Source: Lama guanicoe | Taxonomy: Eukaryota | Length of the DNA stretch: 64,000 bases | NCBI GenBank assembly: GCA_013239625.1 | Contig: MU053487.1 | Coordinates: 2,873,058 to 2,937,057, forward strand | Direction: 5' to 3' | Part shown: positions 51,400 to 63,764 of the stretch, piece after piece | How positions within the stretch are numbered: the stretch's first letter is position 1 | How the letters are laid out: every line of letters starts with the position of its first letter | The notes under the pieces: generated by a model | Told to the model about the DNA's origin: nothing | Seen by the model: only the letters and a program-made list of their open reading frames with translations | The model's database searches: none | Position numbers and translations under genes: made by a program

Positions 51400-51520
51400 A
51401 TAAGATCCGGTTGTAATCCCAAGTGAAGGAACCAAGACTCAAAAGACTTGCCCAACATCACACAGCTGGGGAGTAATGGAGCTGGGTTTGTAGTCAGGTC
51501 CGTCTGACTTAAAAGCTCGG
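51400..51520 (-). mobile_element. MIR SINE fragment
   Basis: gacttgcccaacatcacacagctggggagtaatggagctgggtttg. Confidence 0.65.
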
Positions 51521-51699
51521 GGGCTTCCCCCTCTGCTACCCTGCACACCCCGTGGGAGAGCACTGCCCACTCCCCAGTCACCGGAGGCAGACTCAGTCAA
51601 TAGAACAGACCGATGAAGAGATGACCACCAAGAATCACCCGCTTAGTGAGGAGCTCAACCCCAGGACGGAAGGGCACCAAGGGCACCAACTGCTGTCAG

Positions 51700-54600
51700 A
51701 AGAACTAAGACCAGGGGTGCAATAATGAGGCAAACAGGGGAATATTTTAGAATGAGCAAGATTGATGTCCCAGAGAGATGCAAAAAAGACGGCGTCCCTA
51801 TGAAATAGAATAAACTAGAGTTTTGTAAATTTAAAATTCTGATCACTCAAATAAAAACCTCGGGATATGTGCTGTGTAGTAGAATGAGTATAAATAAAGT
51901 AGTGGATTGGAAACTGGAGGGATTTCCCAGGAATTTTGCAAAAGGATCCCCCCCAAAAAAGCCAGCTAAACTTATTATTCCATTATGTTTTAACAATCTG
52001 GAATGAAGATCCAGATGATCTCAATATTAGAGTTAGGAGGCAAGAGAGATGGAAGTAAAAGCAAACCAAGATTCTTGTCTTGTTTGGGGGAGGAGTTTGT
52101 GTCCCAAATAGCTCAAGGCTTTGATAAAATAAAATTTATGCAACAATTTTAATGGCAACTTAGAAGAATAAAAACAATGTAGGACATCCAAATCACTAAT
52201 GAATAAGAAGAGCCTAAAAAGAAAGAACTCATGAAGAAGAAGGACAAGAGAAGCAAGAAGAAGAAATACACATATACACACAAATGAGATGGTAAGAATA
52301 AATCCAAACATATCAATAATCAGAATAACTGAGAATTAATAAAATGACCCAGTGAATGTCAGAGACTCTCAGATTGGATTTTTTTTAATCCAAGCATAAG
52401 TTGCTTATGAGAGACACACCTTTAAAAATGACCCATAATGTAAGATGTCCAAAAAAAGATAAGGCAAATGGTAACAAAAAGAAAGCAAGTGTCACAATAT
52501 TAATAGCAAACAAAATAGAATGGAAGCAAAAAAATTGTTAAACAGGGCAAAAAAATGTATTTCACAATGATTCAAGGTACAGTCCAATGTTCATTTATAA
52601 AATAAAATGAATTATTTATAAAATAAATGAACATTTACACAATCAATAGCACAGCTATAAAACATATGAAGTAATACCTGATAGAAAAACAAGGAGAAGT
52701 TTACACATTGAGAGTGATTGCAGGAAATTTAATATACTTTGCTCAGAAGTCATCACACAGGTAGGCAGAAAATAATGAGTATTTGAATAATGCAACTGAC
52801 AGTTATGATCTCTTAGAAAGACTAAGACAGAATGAGTCAGAATGCCTGGCTTTCATTAGTACTCCCCTGCTTATCAGCTTTTGGTAACCTTGAGGAGGTT
52901 ACCTAAGCTCTCCAAGCTTAGTTTCATCCTCTGTAAAGTGGGCTATGTGCCTCACATTGTGAGGATGGAAGAAGCCGATGTATTTGGAGCAGTTAGTAGA
53001 GTTGCTAGTGCATAAATAAGGGCATGCACAGTCTTTTCAGACATATGTGAGCATTTACAAACCAGCATGTATTATACCACAAAAGCAAATCTCAACAGAA
53101 TTTCAAAAGTCAAAGTAATACAAGCCACATTCTCAGACCACAATGCAATAAACTTGGAAGTTAACAACGGAAAGTTGGCCAAAAGACCAACCAAAAGCAT
53201 AACTACTTGGGAATTTTTAAACACCATTCTAATTAACTTCTTAGATAAAAAAAGAAACCAAAGAGGAAAGGGTAAACAAATCAGAAGACAGTGGAAGCTT
53301 GTTCATATCAGTACTAATGGATGCAGACAAAACCCATGTAGAGGAAAATGTTGCTGCTTATACATAGAAAACAGGAAGGACTGAAAATAAATGACCTAAA
53401 TTGACAACATAAGAGCTAGAAAAGGGACAATAATATAAATTCAACTCTAAGAAAGTAAAGTGAAGATATTATTAAAGATAAAGTGAACATCAAGAAATAG
53501 GAAAAGAAGCAACAAAAAGTGTTCTACATCAATAGAACTAAAAGCTGAGGACTTCTGTCCAATAAAGTAGACAAACCTACAGTGAGTTTAATCAAGGAAT
53601 GAAAGAGTGATGATGCCAAAAAAACAACACTAGAAATGATAAAAGAACTATGCTCATATGGAAAATATTTTTAAATTATAAGACATTGTTTTTCACAGTT
53701 TTATTCTTGCAAATGTAGAAAGCCTAAAAGAAGTGTTTATAAGGTAAAAAATCCAACTAGACCAATTACCTTAGAAAAAATGTTAGAGTGATATACAGAT
53801 GTCAAATTATAATGCTGTACACCTGAAACTTATATAATGAAAGAAAAATGTAAGTGTAGCTGAAGACATATGCCTTAAAAAAGCACCAGACCCTGATAGC
53901 TTTATAAGCAAGTTCTACCAAGCATTCAAGGAAGAGAGAATTTCTATGTTATATAAGTTGTTCTGGACAGTAGAAAAAGATAAACAACTCACTCTAGAAG
54001 AATAACATAACCCTGATTCCAGAGATGGAGACTGGTCCTTCACACACAAGAAGGAAACTCCAGGCCAAACTCACTTTGAAAACATATAGGAAAATTCTAA
54101 ATAAATGTTTGCAAATTGATTCCTATTAAAAGAAGAATATATCCTGAGTAAAGCAGGAGATAAGCCAGGAATATAGGTTGATTCTCTGTGAAGAAATTGA
54201 TAAACATTATTTACTCTGTTAATAGTGAAGGATTAAAAGTAAAGGAAGCAAATGATTATTTTTATGAAGGCTTCTAGAAAGTCAAAAATTAAATTTAACA
54301 TCCATTTATGGTTTTGTTTTTTATTTTTTAATTCCCAGTAAGGAAGGCATGGAAGGAAACTTCCTCAACTTGACGAAGGTCCCCTACCAGAAACCTGTAG
54401 AAAACTTTAACCTGATGCTGGAACATTAGGAGCTGTCTCACCTAAGCAAGAAGTAAAGGCATGGGGTCCTGCTCTTGTCTCTCAAGTGTAGCAGTGTTGG
54501 AGGTCATAACAATAAAAAGAAATGAATAACCTTGATTGTAAGAAAGAAACTAAAGTCTTTCTATTGCAAAGATGTTACTGTCTCCCTAGAAAATCCAAGA

Positions 54601-56610
54601 GAATCAACTGACTGAAGAAATGTGAGGCTTTGTGAATGCAAAAGTAAAAGCTAGGGCACACTTATTAACTGTCTGACCTTTGAATGCATTCCCAAAGTCA
54701 CGCACAGGTCCATCAGCTAAGGGTGGAAACCTTACTGGATCAGGGTGATTATGTACAACCTCTGACCAATCGCTGATTGACGCATAAGCAGGGCTGATCC
54801 AGGACAACCCCTAGGAAACCAGGTTCAAAAATAAAAACAAGTGTGAAAAAAAATTACTGAGCAGCGACATCAGAGGCTACACACTTCAGGAGAAACAGGC
54901 TCCACAAAATTAATCTGGGCAAGTCACTAAACAAACAAACACACAGAACTAAAAAGTAAAAACTACCATCCCCCCCAAAAAGGAGTAATAACCCAATGTT
55001 GCTACAATATTGGTCTATTTGTCTATTAAAATGTTCACTTTTCAAAAAAAAATTGTGAAACATGCTAAGAAATAAGTACAAGGAAAACAATGTGCAGGGG
55101 TGGGGGGAAGGAATCAGTGGACTCTGTCAGAGGAGCCCAGATGTTGGACTTCATAGTCAAGGACTTCAAAGCAGCTATTATAAATATTTTTAAAGAACTA
55201 AAAGAAACCATGAAGAATTAAAAGAAAGTATGATAACAATTCATCAGATGGGAAATATCAAAAAAGAAGTGGAAATTATAAGAAGAACCTAGTAGAAATT
55301 CTGGAGTTGAAAGTAAAATACCTTGAATGAAAACTTGTTGGAGGGGCTCAGTACCAGAGTTGAGCTGACAGAGAATCAGCAGCCTTGAAGATAGAGCAGT
55401 AGAGACTATTCAATCTGAAGAACAGAGAGAAAAGAGAACACAGTCATCCCTCAGTATATGTGGGAGATTGGTCCCAGTCTCCCTCATGGACACCAAACTC
55501 CATGGATGCTCAGGTCCCTTATATAAAATGGCATAGTAGTTGCACATACATCTTACCATGTTTTTTAAGTCATCTCTAGATTATTTATAACTAATACAAT
55601 GTGAATGTTATGTAAATAGTCGCTGGGATGCAGCAAATTCAAGTTTTGCTTTTTGGAACTTTCTGGAATTTTTTTCCCAAATATTTTCTATCTGTGGTTG
55701 GTTAGAGCTGCAGATGGGGAACCACTGGATAAGAAGGGCCGATTGTAAAAAAAAAAAAAAAAAAAATGAGTAAAGCCCCAGGACACCATAAAGCATACCA
55801 AAATACATGTAATTCCAGTTCCAGGGTAAAGAATAGAGCGAAGGGAGCAGAAAAAATATTTCATGAAATAATCATCCCAAACAATGGAAGTATATAGATT
55901 CCTTCACAATAAATGATACAAAGAAAATGTCTATCCATTTGGGAAGAAATTATAGAAAACCTGTACCTCAGTGGAGAAAAATAGATGGATTAAAAAGTTA
56001 TATGTAAAGAAGAAGTATTAGTAGAAAGTACTAACTCTTTTCATAATTTTTGCATGGGAAAGCTCTTCTTCCTAAGCTAGTCATAAAATCTAGAACCCAT
56101 AAGAGAAGATTGATAAATTTAAATCTATAAAAATATCAAACTCTTGTGTGAACAAAATACATTATAAACAAAACTAAAAGATATTTTGGAGAATTTACCG
56201 GCAACATATTTAACAGGTAAATAATATGTAAATGACTTGTACAAATCAATAAGAAAAAGGCCAAACATTGTAAAAATGGATGAAGGGATATGAACAGGAA
56301 ATTCACAAAAGAAGAAATTTCAATGACACATATACATATAAAAAGAAATTTTAATGGCAGATAAACATTAGCTTCACCAGTAACCAAAGCAATGCAAATT
56401 CAAATGAAAATGAGGTTCCCCTCTATTAAACTGGCAAAAGTCTAAAAGATTGCTAGTATCTGTTGTTGGTTAAGGTGAAGGAAAATGGGCACTCTCAAAT
56501 ACTGTTGGTATGAAGGGCAATTTGACGGTAGCTGTCAGAATTTAAAATATGAATACCAACAATTCCACTCTTCAGGCCCTGCCTCAAAATTCTCACGCAA
56601 TATATTCAGC
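51700..56610 (+). mobile_element. Decayed old L1 mosaic (ORF1/ORF2 remnants) with nested MIR, second L1 pieces and MER2
   Basis: A-rich sense strand; ORF 53067..53384 contains the L1 endonuclease motif FSDHNAINLE; ggaaggaaacttcctcaac and ccctagaaaatccaagagaatc ORF2 motifs. Confidence 0.88.
55441..55745. mobile_element. MER2-family (Tigger) DNA transposon
   Basis: Termini cagtcatccctcagtat / ataagaagggccgattg(ta); internal caagttttgctttttggaactttctgg. Confidence 0.85.
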
Positions 56611-56799
56611 AGAAATTTCTAACTTTTTGATAGTAGTTGTGGATAGTCATCATTCTCAGCTTAAATGTAGACTTTTCCTGTATTGGTGCAGTAGAAAATA
56701 ACTTAATAATACTCCATTAGGATTCTGAGAAGGAGCTGTTAGATTCAGGCTGAAAAAAAAAAAGTGTGGAAGAATAATAGTAATAATAACAACAGCAAT

Positions 56800-56960
56800 A
56801 TTAATGATAATACATTTTTTATGAAGGACTTGTAATAGATGAGGCACTGTACCAAGTGCTTTGCCTGGACAAACTCATTTAATCTTCATGATAATTTGGG
56901 GAGGAAGCAGAGGCACCAACAAAGGGACGGCCAAGGTCACTGAGTCAGTAAAGGGCTAGG
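56800..56960 (-). mobile_element. MIR SINE
   Basis: aggcactgtaccaagtgcttt...ctcatttaatcttcatgataa...gccaaggtcac. Confidence 0.7.
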
Positions 56961-57039
56961 TTGATGTCTGCTCCTAACAGCTAGACTGTACAGCCACTGT
57001 GAGACTTCATAACACCGTTTTGTCTGGACATGGAGCTGT

Positions 57040-57180
57040 CCGGCGGCCATGGCATCACCTGGAAGTTAGAAATGTACAAAGGCAGACTTTCAGGTGCCAC
57101 CCAGACTTGATGAATTAGAGTCTGCATTTAACAAGATCCCCAGTGATTCCTTTGCATGTTAATATTTGAGAAGCCCTGGT
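57040..57180. mobile_element. MER5A fragment
   Basis: ggcatcacctggaagttagaaatg...tctgcatttaacaagatccccagtgattc...tttgagaagccctg. Confidence 0.75.
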
Positions 57181-57239
57181 CTAAAGCATGTTACTTCACT
57201 CTAAGCTTCCCTTTCCTCATCGGGCTTTTTAATCTATAC

Positions 57240-57510
57240 CTTCCTTCATTTAGCAAATATATTGCATGTACCATATGCTAAGCCCTGAGTTACTATGGGG
57301 AACAAAAGAGACAAAAAATAATAATAATGATTTCCAGTCTTCATATAGTTTACATTCTGGTAGAGGCAAACAATAAATAAGTAAAGCATATAGTACATTT
57401 CATGATGGAAAATGCTTTGGAGAAAAATAAAGGAGGCAAGGAGATGAGAGTGGAGAAGTCTGTGGTTTTAAACAGAGAGGGAAGGACAGGTCTCTCCGAG
57501 ACCTGCAGTC
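57240..57510 (-). mobile_element. L2 3' fragment
   Basis: ttccttcatttagcaaatatattg...aatgctttggagaaaaataaagg. Confidence 0.7.
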
Positions 57511-58849
57511 AGGGTTGGGGAGACCTAAACTGTCTCAGTGGTTTGTAAGGTGATCTTTTTTGCTCCTAAGGCCTTGCCAACTGTGTTTCCTGAGAACTCT
57601 ATCTTTCCTGGATTAGCCCTACTTGGTTTCTCTCCTTTAAAATCCGGCCCCTGTGTGGTGGTGTCCGGATGGGACACCAGGAGTCTCTGTGTGTGTCCTC
57701 ATTAGGACTCACTCTGGGAGAGCTCTCTGCCACAAAGTGAATCATATATTTCTCTGGCAGCAGCAGTTGACAGTAACACTGATGTTTGAAGCTAGCTGGT
57801 TGTTAAGGCACATTTTGCATGAGAAAAGTCCTGGCTTTTATGACTTAGTTATGCTTGGAGGGTAATTGCAACAAGAAATCTCCCTGCAGCAGGCTTGCTG
57901 GAGGCCAAGACTTAACTTGTACATAAGCCAGGCCTGGCACTTTAAAGCAACCCGGCAAATAACCCAAAGCAAAATTGAACAATTCACTATTTTTTCCATG
58001 TCTACTACTTTCCCCCTTGGTAAACACATGTGGTTTTTGGGTTTTTTTTTTAATGCCTCTCCTTTACCCTCAGTTACTTCTGTAGAAATTTGAGGGCTCA
58101 CCCTAAACCAAATCAGCCCTCATCTTGGTTGGGAGGTTCCTGCTAACAAGAATTCAAGGCTTAGAAACCCTCCCCAGGATGCAAAGTCCTTAGGTGATAT
58201 TCATTCTTTCCTCTGATACCCTGTAACTTAAATAGTGTCATCTAAAGTTAACTGTTACTAGTACAGCTTATACGATAAAGATACAAAAGGGGTAGGGGGA
58301 GGAAGAAACCCTTCTCTAGCAGGAGCAGATGTATTTCCAGCCCTGAAGTGGATGGAATGGGGTGTTGTATGATCCAACCCTCTGCCTTCGGACAGAATAC
58401 AATCGAAACATCTCCGCATTACAACAGAACTGTGTTTCCAGCAAGTTCTTCTGGTTAAGCCATTCTGATACCCCTTGAATCCCATTTTTGATGTCTATCT
58501 TGAATTCCTCATGCTCTGGTCTCCCCACCTTTTCTGAGCTAAAATGGAAAACAGTTGCCTTGCTCCCTCTATGGACAGCTTGAACTGTGACTTCATCATT
58601 CTTCCCACTTCTCTTCCCAAAAAAGATCACAGTTCCTTTAGTTCTCCTTTTCCCATCCTAAGCCATCCTCTTTGCTCTCTCCATGTTCTCCAAGTAAGTA
58701 AAAATTCAAAACTGAGCCCTCAATACTATGCCTCTTTATTCAACCTCTCCTCATTGCAGATGGTTATTACTTTGGCAGGGAGGACTTGGTTAAATGTGCT
58801 TCTGCTCTTAATAATTTCCCCTTGTAGCTGTCAGAGACACCCGGAGTAA

Positions 58850-59570
58850 AAAGTAAAAAGGTCAACAAGGAGATCTTAAATGGCCAAAACTGTGAGGTCC
58901 AAAACCCTGCATGACCTCCCACTTGCCTTTCCAGGCCATGTTCTGCAACCACTTCTGTCCCCAACCTCACCCCTGACCCTGTCTTCCAGCCACTCTAGAC
59001 TATAAAGACAGCTGAACACCCACCGTGCACTTCCCCTCGGCCTTGTGACCTTGCTAATGGCTTCTCCCTTCCCTGTGACTGGAAAGCCTGCTGATTCAAG
59101 ACCAATTCACACATCCTCTTTTCCATCAAGCCCTCCCAGATTCCTTCCCAAATAGTCCTCTCTCAGGGCCTTTGCACCTGCCTCTGCCGAGAACCCTCTT
59201 CTCGCAAATCTCTGCATCAGTGGCTCCTTCTCAGAATGCAGATCTGAGCCCAAATCTCACCTTTTGGGACTTCTCTGACCACCTTAGCTAAGTTGTAAAC
59301 CCTCTGTCAACTTTCTGTCCCATTTCCCTGTGTTATTTTTTTCATAGCACTCATCACTTTCTGAAACTTACTACTTTCTCTTATCTTTTATAGCTCCTAT
59401 TAATTTCACCAAGTGAGTTATATTCCAATAATTTATTACTGTTTTTGATTGTCTGTCTTCTTCCACAAGATTAAAAACACCGTGTCAATCAAGGTCATGG
59501 CTGCCTTATTTTCTGTGTATCCCCGGCGTTTGGTGCCTGGACTGTAGTATGTGTTCAGATAAATCAAAGA
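58850..59570 (+). mobile_element. L2 fragments
   Basis: ctcagggcctttgcacctgc...ttattttttcatagcactcatcac...gtgcctggactgtagtatgtgttcagataaat. Confidence 0.7.
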
Positions 59571-60224
59571 GTTGGCTACTCCCACCGTGTTAGTATCACC
59601 ATCACAAATATTTCTTTCTGCCTTAAGATAGGATGTGTGTCCTTTGACACCTACACGCCCTACCACACCTAATCTGTCCAAGGAACTCAGAAAATGTGCA
59701 TTTTGAATTGCAATTCCCGAGAAGAGATATTTTGACAACGTCCCTTAACCATAACAGAGGTTGTTTTAATTCCAATGTTTTGGAAAAGTAGAAATGTAAA
59801 ACTCTGAAATCAAAGGGGCTGAAACATGTATCAGAAATAAAGGCTTCTAAGAGCAAACTTAAACTCCACAAATTATGGCCAGAGATATGAAAACACATTC
59901 TCTCTCATGCGCACGTACACATACGCACATGCACCCCACCCACCGTCAGATCTGTTCTGCTGATTTCAGCAGTAGCCTCAAACCTTTTTTTTCCCCCCTA
60001 TTTTCTTCTTTTTGCACATATCTGAATGAGCTGAATAGTCAGGTTCCTGAAAAGGGTCAGGGTTAGGTTGGCTTCATTTTTTTCTCTCTCTACAGAAGCC
60101 AAACACTGAAAAGAGGGTAGACGGCTGACTGAATTCTGGAGTGAGAGCTACGTCCCTGGGCTCTCGGGTCAATTTGAGTTTTGGCTAGAGGAAGAAAGTG
60201 TGTGTTTCTGGGCACAGCTAACGC

Positions 60225-60480
60225 AAGCATCCTCTGCAAGGCGGGGATAAGCGGCGGCCGGGGCTGCGTGTGCGCGGTGTGGGCCGGAGGCTGCCCTTCA
60301 GCCCGCGTGGATGGAGGCAGCGGGGCCGTCTCCCCGCGGACTGAGGGCGGCCGCCGCATCATGAGTCCCGGGTCTGGTGCACACAGCTGCTGCGACCTCT
60401 GGAAGCATTAACGCTTCGTGGCAGCACGTGGGTGCTGATGCTGAGGTGCCGGGTGTTCTCTGGCCTCCAACGCAAATGCG
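60225..60480. promoter_or_regulatory. Intronic CpG-dense patch (candidate enhancer or promoter)
   Basis: 17 CpG counted in 60241-60360; NotI site GCGGCCGC at 60347-60354; no recognisable repeat. Confidence 0.5.
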
Positions 60481-60939
60481 CCTTCAAAGTTGGTGATGAT
60501 GCAGTTTCCTTTCCGTCTTTCTCTCTTTGATTCCTTTAAAAGCAACATAACCCCATGGTGGCAGCAGTGATGGGTGATTACTAAAGTTGGTAACAGGAAA
60601 TCTCACTGAGGATAAACAGAGCACATTGGTTTTTGCTGAGAAATACACGGTTCTCATTGAACTGGCCCAGGACCAATTGTGTGCACCTCGGAAGCACAAA
60701 AACAGGAAAACTTCTTCCTGATAGAACGTCGTGTAGCTTCTGACCAAAAGGAACTTTTCTCAGTGTTGTTAGACACTGAGAGGTGGTTATCTCCCCAGCT
60801 GTCAGGTTGCCAACTCCACTGACTTCTCCTGGATAATAAACACATGACTGAAATATGGCATATTTCAGGCCTCCCATGAAGTTGTGACACTTTAGACTCA
60901 ATGAATGACATCTAGGTTTCTCTTTTCACTGCTCTGATG

Positions 60940-60988
60940 GAGATAGATATATAGATATAGATACAGACATAGACATAGATAAAGATAT
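60940..60988. repeat. Degenerate (AGATAT/AGACAT)n hexamer repeat
   Basis: Read directly. Confidence 0.7.
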
Positions 60989-61975
60989 CCTGAGCGGAGC
61001 AGTGTCAGACATGAGATGCTTACACCTGAAAACACAGCTTCCAGAAAATGGTTGTTATTTACCTTTTGGTAAAAGAGTAATAATAAAGTGACATATCTAA
61101 TAAATGCAGAGATAATTCAAGGAATCAGTACATGTGCTGTTTGGACTTGTGTCTCTACTGTAAGATGGGTCCAAGAGCCAGGATCGGAGCTTAAATAAAC
61201 CAGCACAATTCCAAGGACTGTGTTATGTCCCACAGTGGGGCTACTGACTCATTTATTATCCAAAACCAGAGACCATTCTGCTTCCAAAATGTTTCATTAT
61301 CTGTGGAAGGAAAATATTTTTGGCATGCACGTCAAGTCCTCAGATAACATACTTCTGTCTCCGTTTTTTGCTAGAGAGTCTGACCACATCTGGAAAGTCT
61401 TTGGTGTCACTGCTTCTCTGAAACGACATCGCATCTGTATCGCTTTAACTCCCGTAAAAGGCCATCCCCACGCTTGTGAAATGGGCCTCATCCGGGGGAA
61501 CTTGTCTTTCTCTGATTAAATGTAAATGATCGCTCTTTTACAGGACAGCCTGGGGTGGCCAGCACTCTTGACTTTTCCAGCATGTTGGCCTGTCACACCC
61601 AGAGGAAAAGGGTGTGGGGGGTGGGGAGGAACACCATTGTTTGAGCCAAACTCTAGAGCTGGTGGGAAAAAAATATCATCAGATATCATCAGAAGTGGTC
61701 ATTTTTCTGAAATAATGGCAGCTTCATACAGAGGGCAGAATTGTACAATGAATCAAGCTCTTTCTGTCCTCTGGAATGTTGGTTTTGTGGTCTTGCCCCT
61801 TTATTTTCTGTTTCACTTTTGATCTCAGTAACACCCTGACCTTTCAGATCCAACACAGCTTTTCACAGCAGTGATGCCCTTAAGGAATGGGGACGGGGTT
61901 GTTTTATTTGGAAGATAACTTTCAACTAGAAAGAGAAAAGACATCTAGAGTTGAAGTTATGATCTTTCCAGGCTT

Positions 61976-62070
61976 TGTTGTTGTTGTTGTTAATGAAGGG
62001 ACTGGGGATTTGAACCCAGGACCTCGTGCATGCTAAGCATGCGCTGTACCACTGAGCTATACCCCACCCT
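61976..62070 (-). mobile_element. tRNA-Ala-derived SINE (Vic-1-like), antisense, with (CAA)n tail
   Basis: Reverse complement ggggtatagctcagtggtacagcgcatgcttagcatgcacgaggtcctgggttcaaatccccagt; flanking aggcttt repeat. Confidence 0.92.
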
Positions 62071-63764
62071 CCTAGGCTTTTCCAGATGACCGTCTTACCC
62101 TTTCTAGAAATTAAACAGCAGTAGATCTTAGATTTCTTTCTCCTCCTGCTCCATCTCCAACTCTGCAGGCTTGGCAGCTGGCAGCTATCTATGGACAGCT
62201 ATTCTGTGCTCCCATTGACCCATTTCAGTTCAAAAACAGAACACAGCTCTTCACTTGAGGATTGAGACTAGGAGGTCCTGTCCAAGGCCAGAACCTCATA
62301 TTAACTTACCTTGTATTGTTGTAATCATCAGAATGTTCTTCCTTTTTGTCTGTTTGCATGAACACATTGGAGTCTCTAGCTATACACAGAGGTAAATATC
62401 AGAAAATCAGAACTTGCCAAACTGACAAGCAAGGGGACCCTTTTCACAAAGCAAAAGAATTAGTAACTCTTGAGAAAGGTCTACCAAAGGATGTCTTTGA
62501 GAACGCCTATCTTAAATTATGCTCACCCACAAAAATTGTGTTCTTACCCTTTCAAATACATTCGTAACATAGCGCTATGCATATCCATTATAAGGAACTA
62601 CCCAAGGTGGCTATCACTGTTTTTCTGCCCTTCTATTAAATAGCGTCGTTGCAATTGAAGAAACCAGGGTAAAAAAATGGAGACTGAGTATCCACCCCTT
62701 CTAGGCTATTCTAGGTCTGCATGCTACAGTCTTGAAATGAATGGTGACACATCAAAGTGTCTGTTTTAGGATTTATTATTAAAATGTTGTCATCTTTCAC
62801 TGTTCTTTGGTCAATACCAAGAAACACTCAGTAGCAAATTATAGCAATGTAATTTCACATGGATAATTAATATAAACTCTTTAAGATTGTAAAAAAAAAA
62901 ACGCTATCACAGTTCACATTTTGCTAAATGGAAAGTATGTAGTTCTTTCTTCTCTTTCTAGTAGTAAACGTCTTAGATTGGTCTAATTAGCCAGTTGGTA
63001 TCATTTCCCTATCCATTTATGAGGCCTATTTTTATTTCAAACATTGGAGTCCTAAAATTAATATCACCAAAGCCTTCGTGGTAAACATTCAGCCTCCCGT
63101 GGCAGAAAAGGGACTTACTAACCTCTGATATCTTGGTTCCAAGAGTCAGCAATGGGTAACTGAATTAGCAAAGTAGGCATTCAGAACATTCCCTGGTTTT
63201 TCAAGCTCAAGGGGCATGTGAGTTCAGAGGAACAGGTGATAAGCCAGGGGACGAGTCGTGTTTACGCAGTTGCCGTCAGCTGTGGTCGGTGTAACATGAT
63301 ATGGAAAAGCAACCCAAGGATGTAACGGAGAACGTAAAGTCAACGATGAACAGACAAATGTGAGTTAACGTGAAGCATGTGTTACTAAACAATGAACCCA
63401 TGCCCCCTTTAGTCCAGGTAATTTCAATAGACATAGTTTTCAGACCAGATGTCACCCAAGACCCACATTGGTGATGACTCCTGGCCCATGGGAGTACTGT
63501 TATCATTGCATTTATTCCTCTACTAACTTAATTCTCAATTTCTCTTTTATTTCCTATGTCCTCTGTCCAAGGGGCATCAAGCCAGTGACACTTTGGTGAC
63601 CCTTCCCATCCCTGGAGCCCAGCCAGCTGGAATAGGGTTAAGGAATGAAGCTGATGCTGGTAGAAAGGACATCCATGCTGTAGCTTGTTAAAAATAGATC
63701 AGTAATACCACATGCCTGAGATGGAAAGTGGTTTCTTAATTTTGAGACGTGTTAATCCATCTTC

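Noticed and set aside
3610..52630. Scattered short local duplications (about 3615, 9153, 18315, 29468, 51670, 52593) and the 12-bp palindrome at 4258
   Set aside because: Two-copy slippage products or chance symmetry, with no periodicity or shared motif
38624..62070. tRNA-Ala genes
   Set aside because: All six copies have SINE hallmarks (A-rich or simple-repeat tails, TSDs in most, stem mismatches), so they are called SINEs
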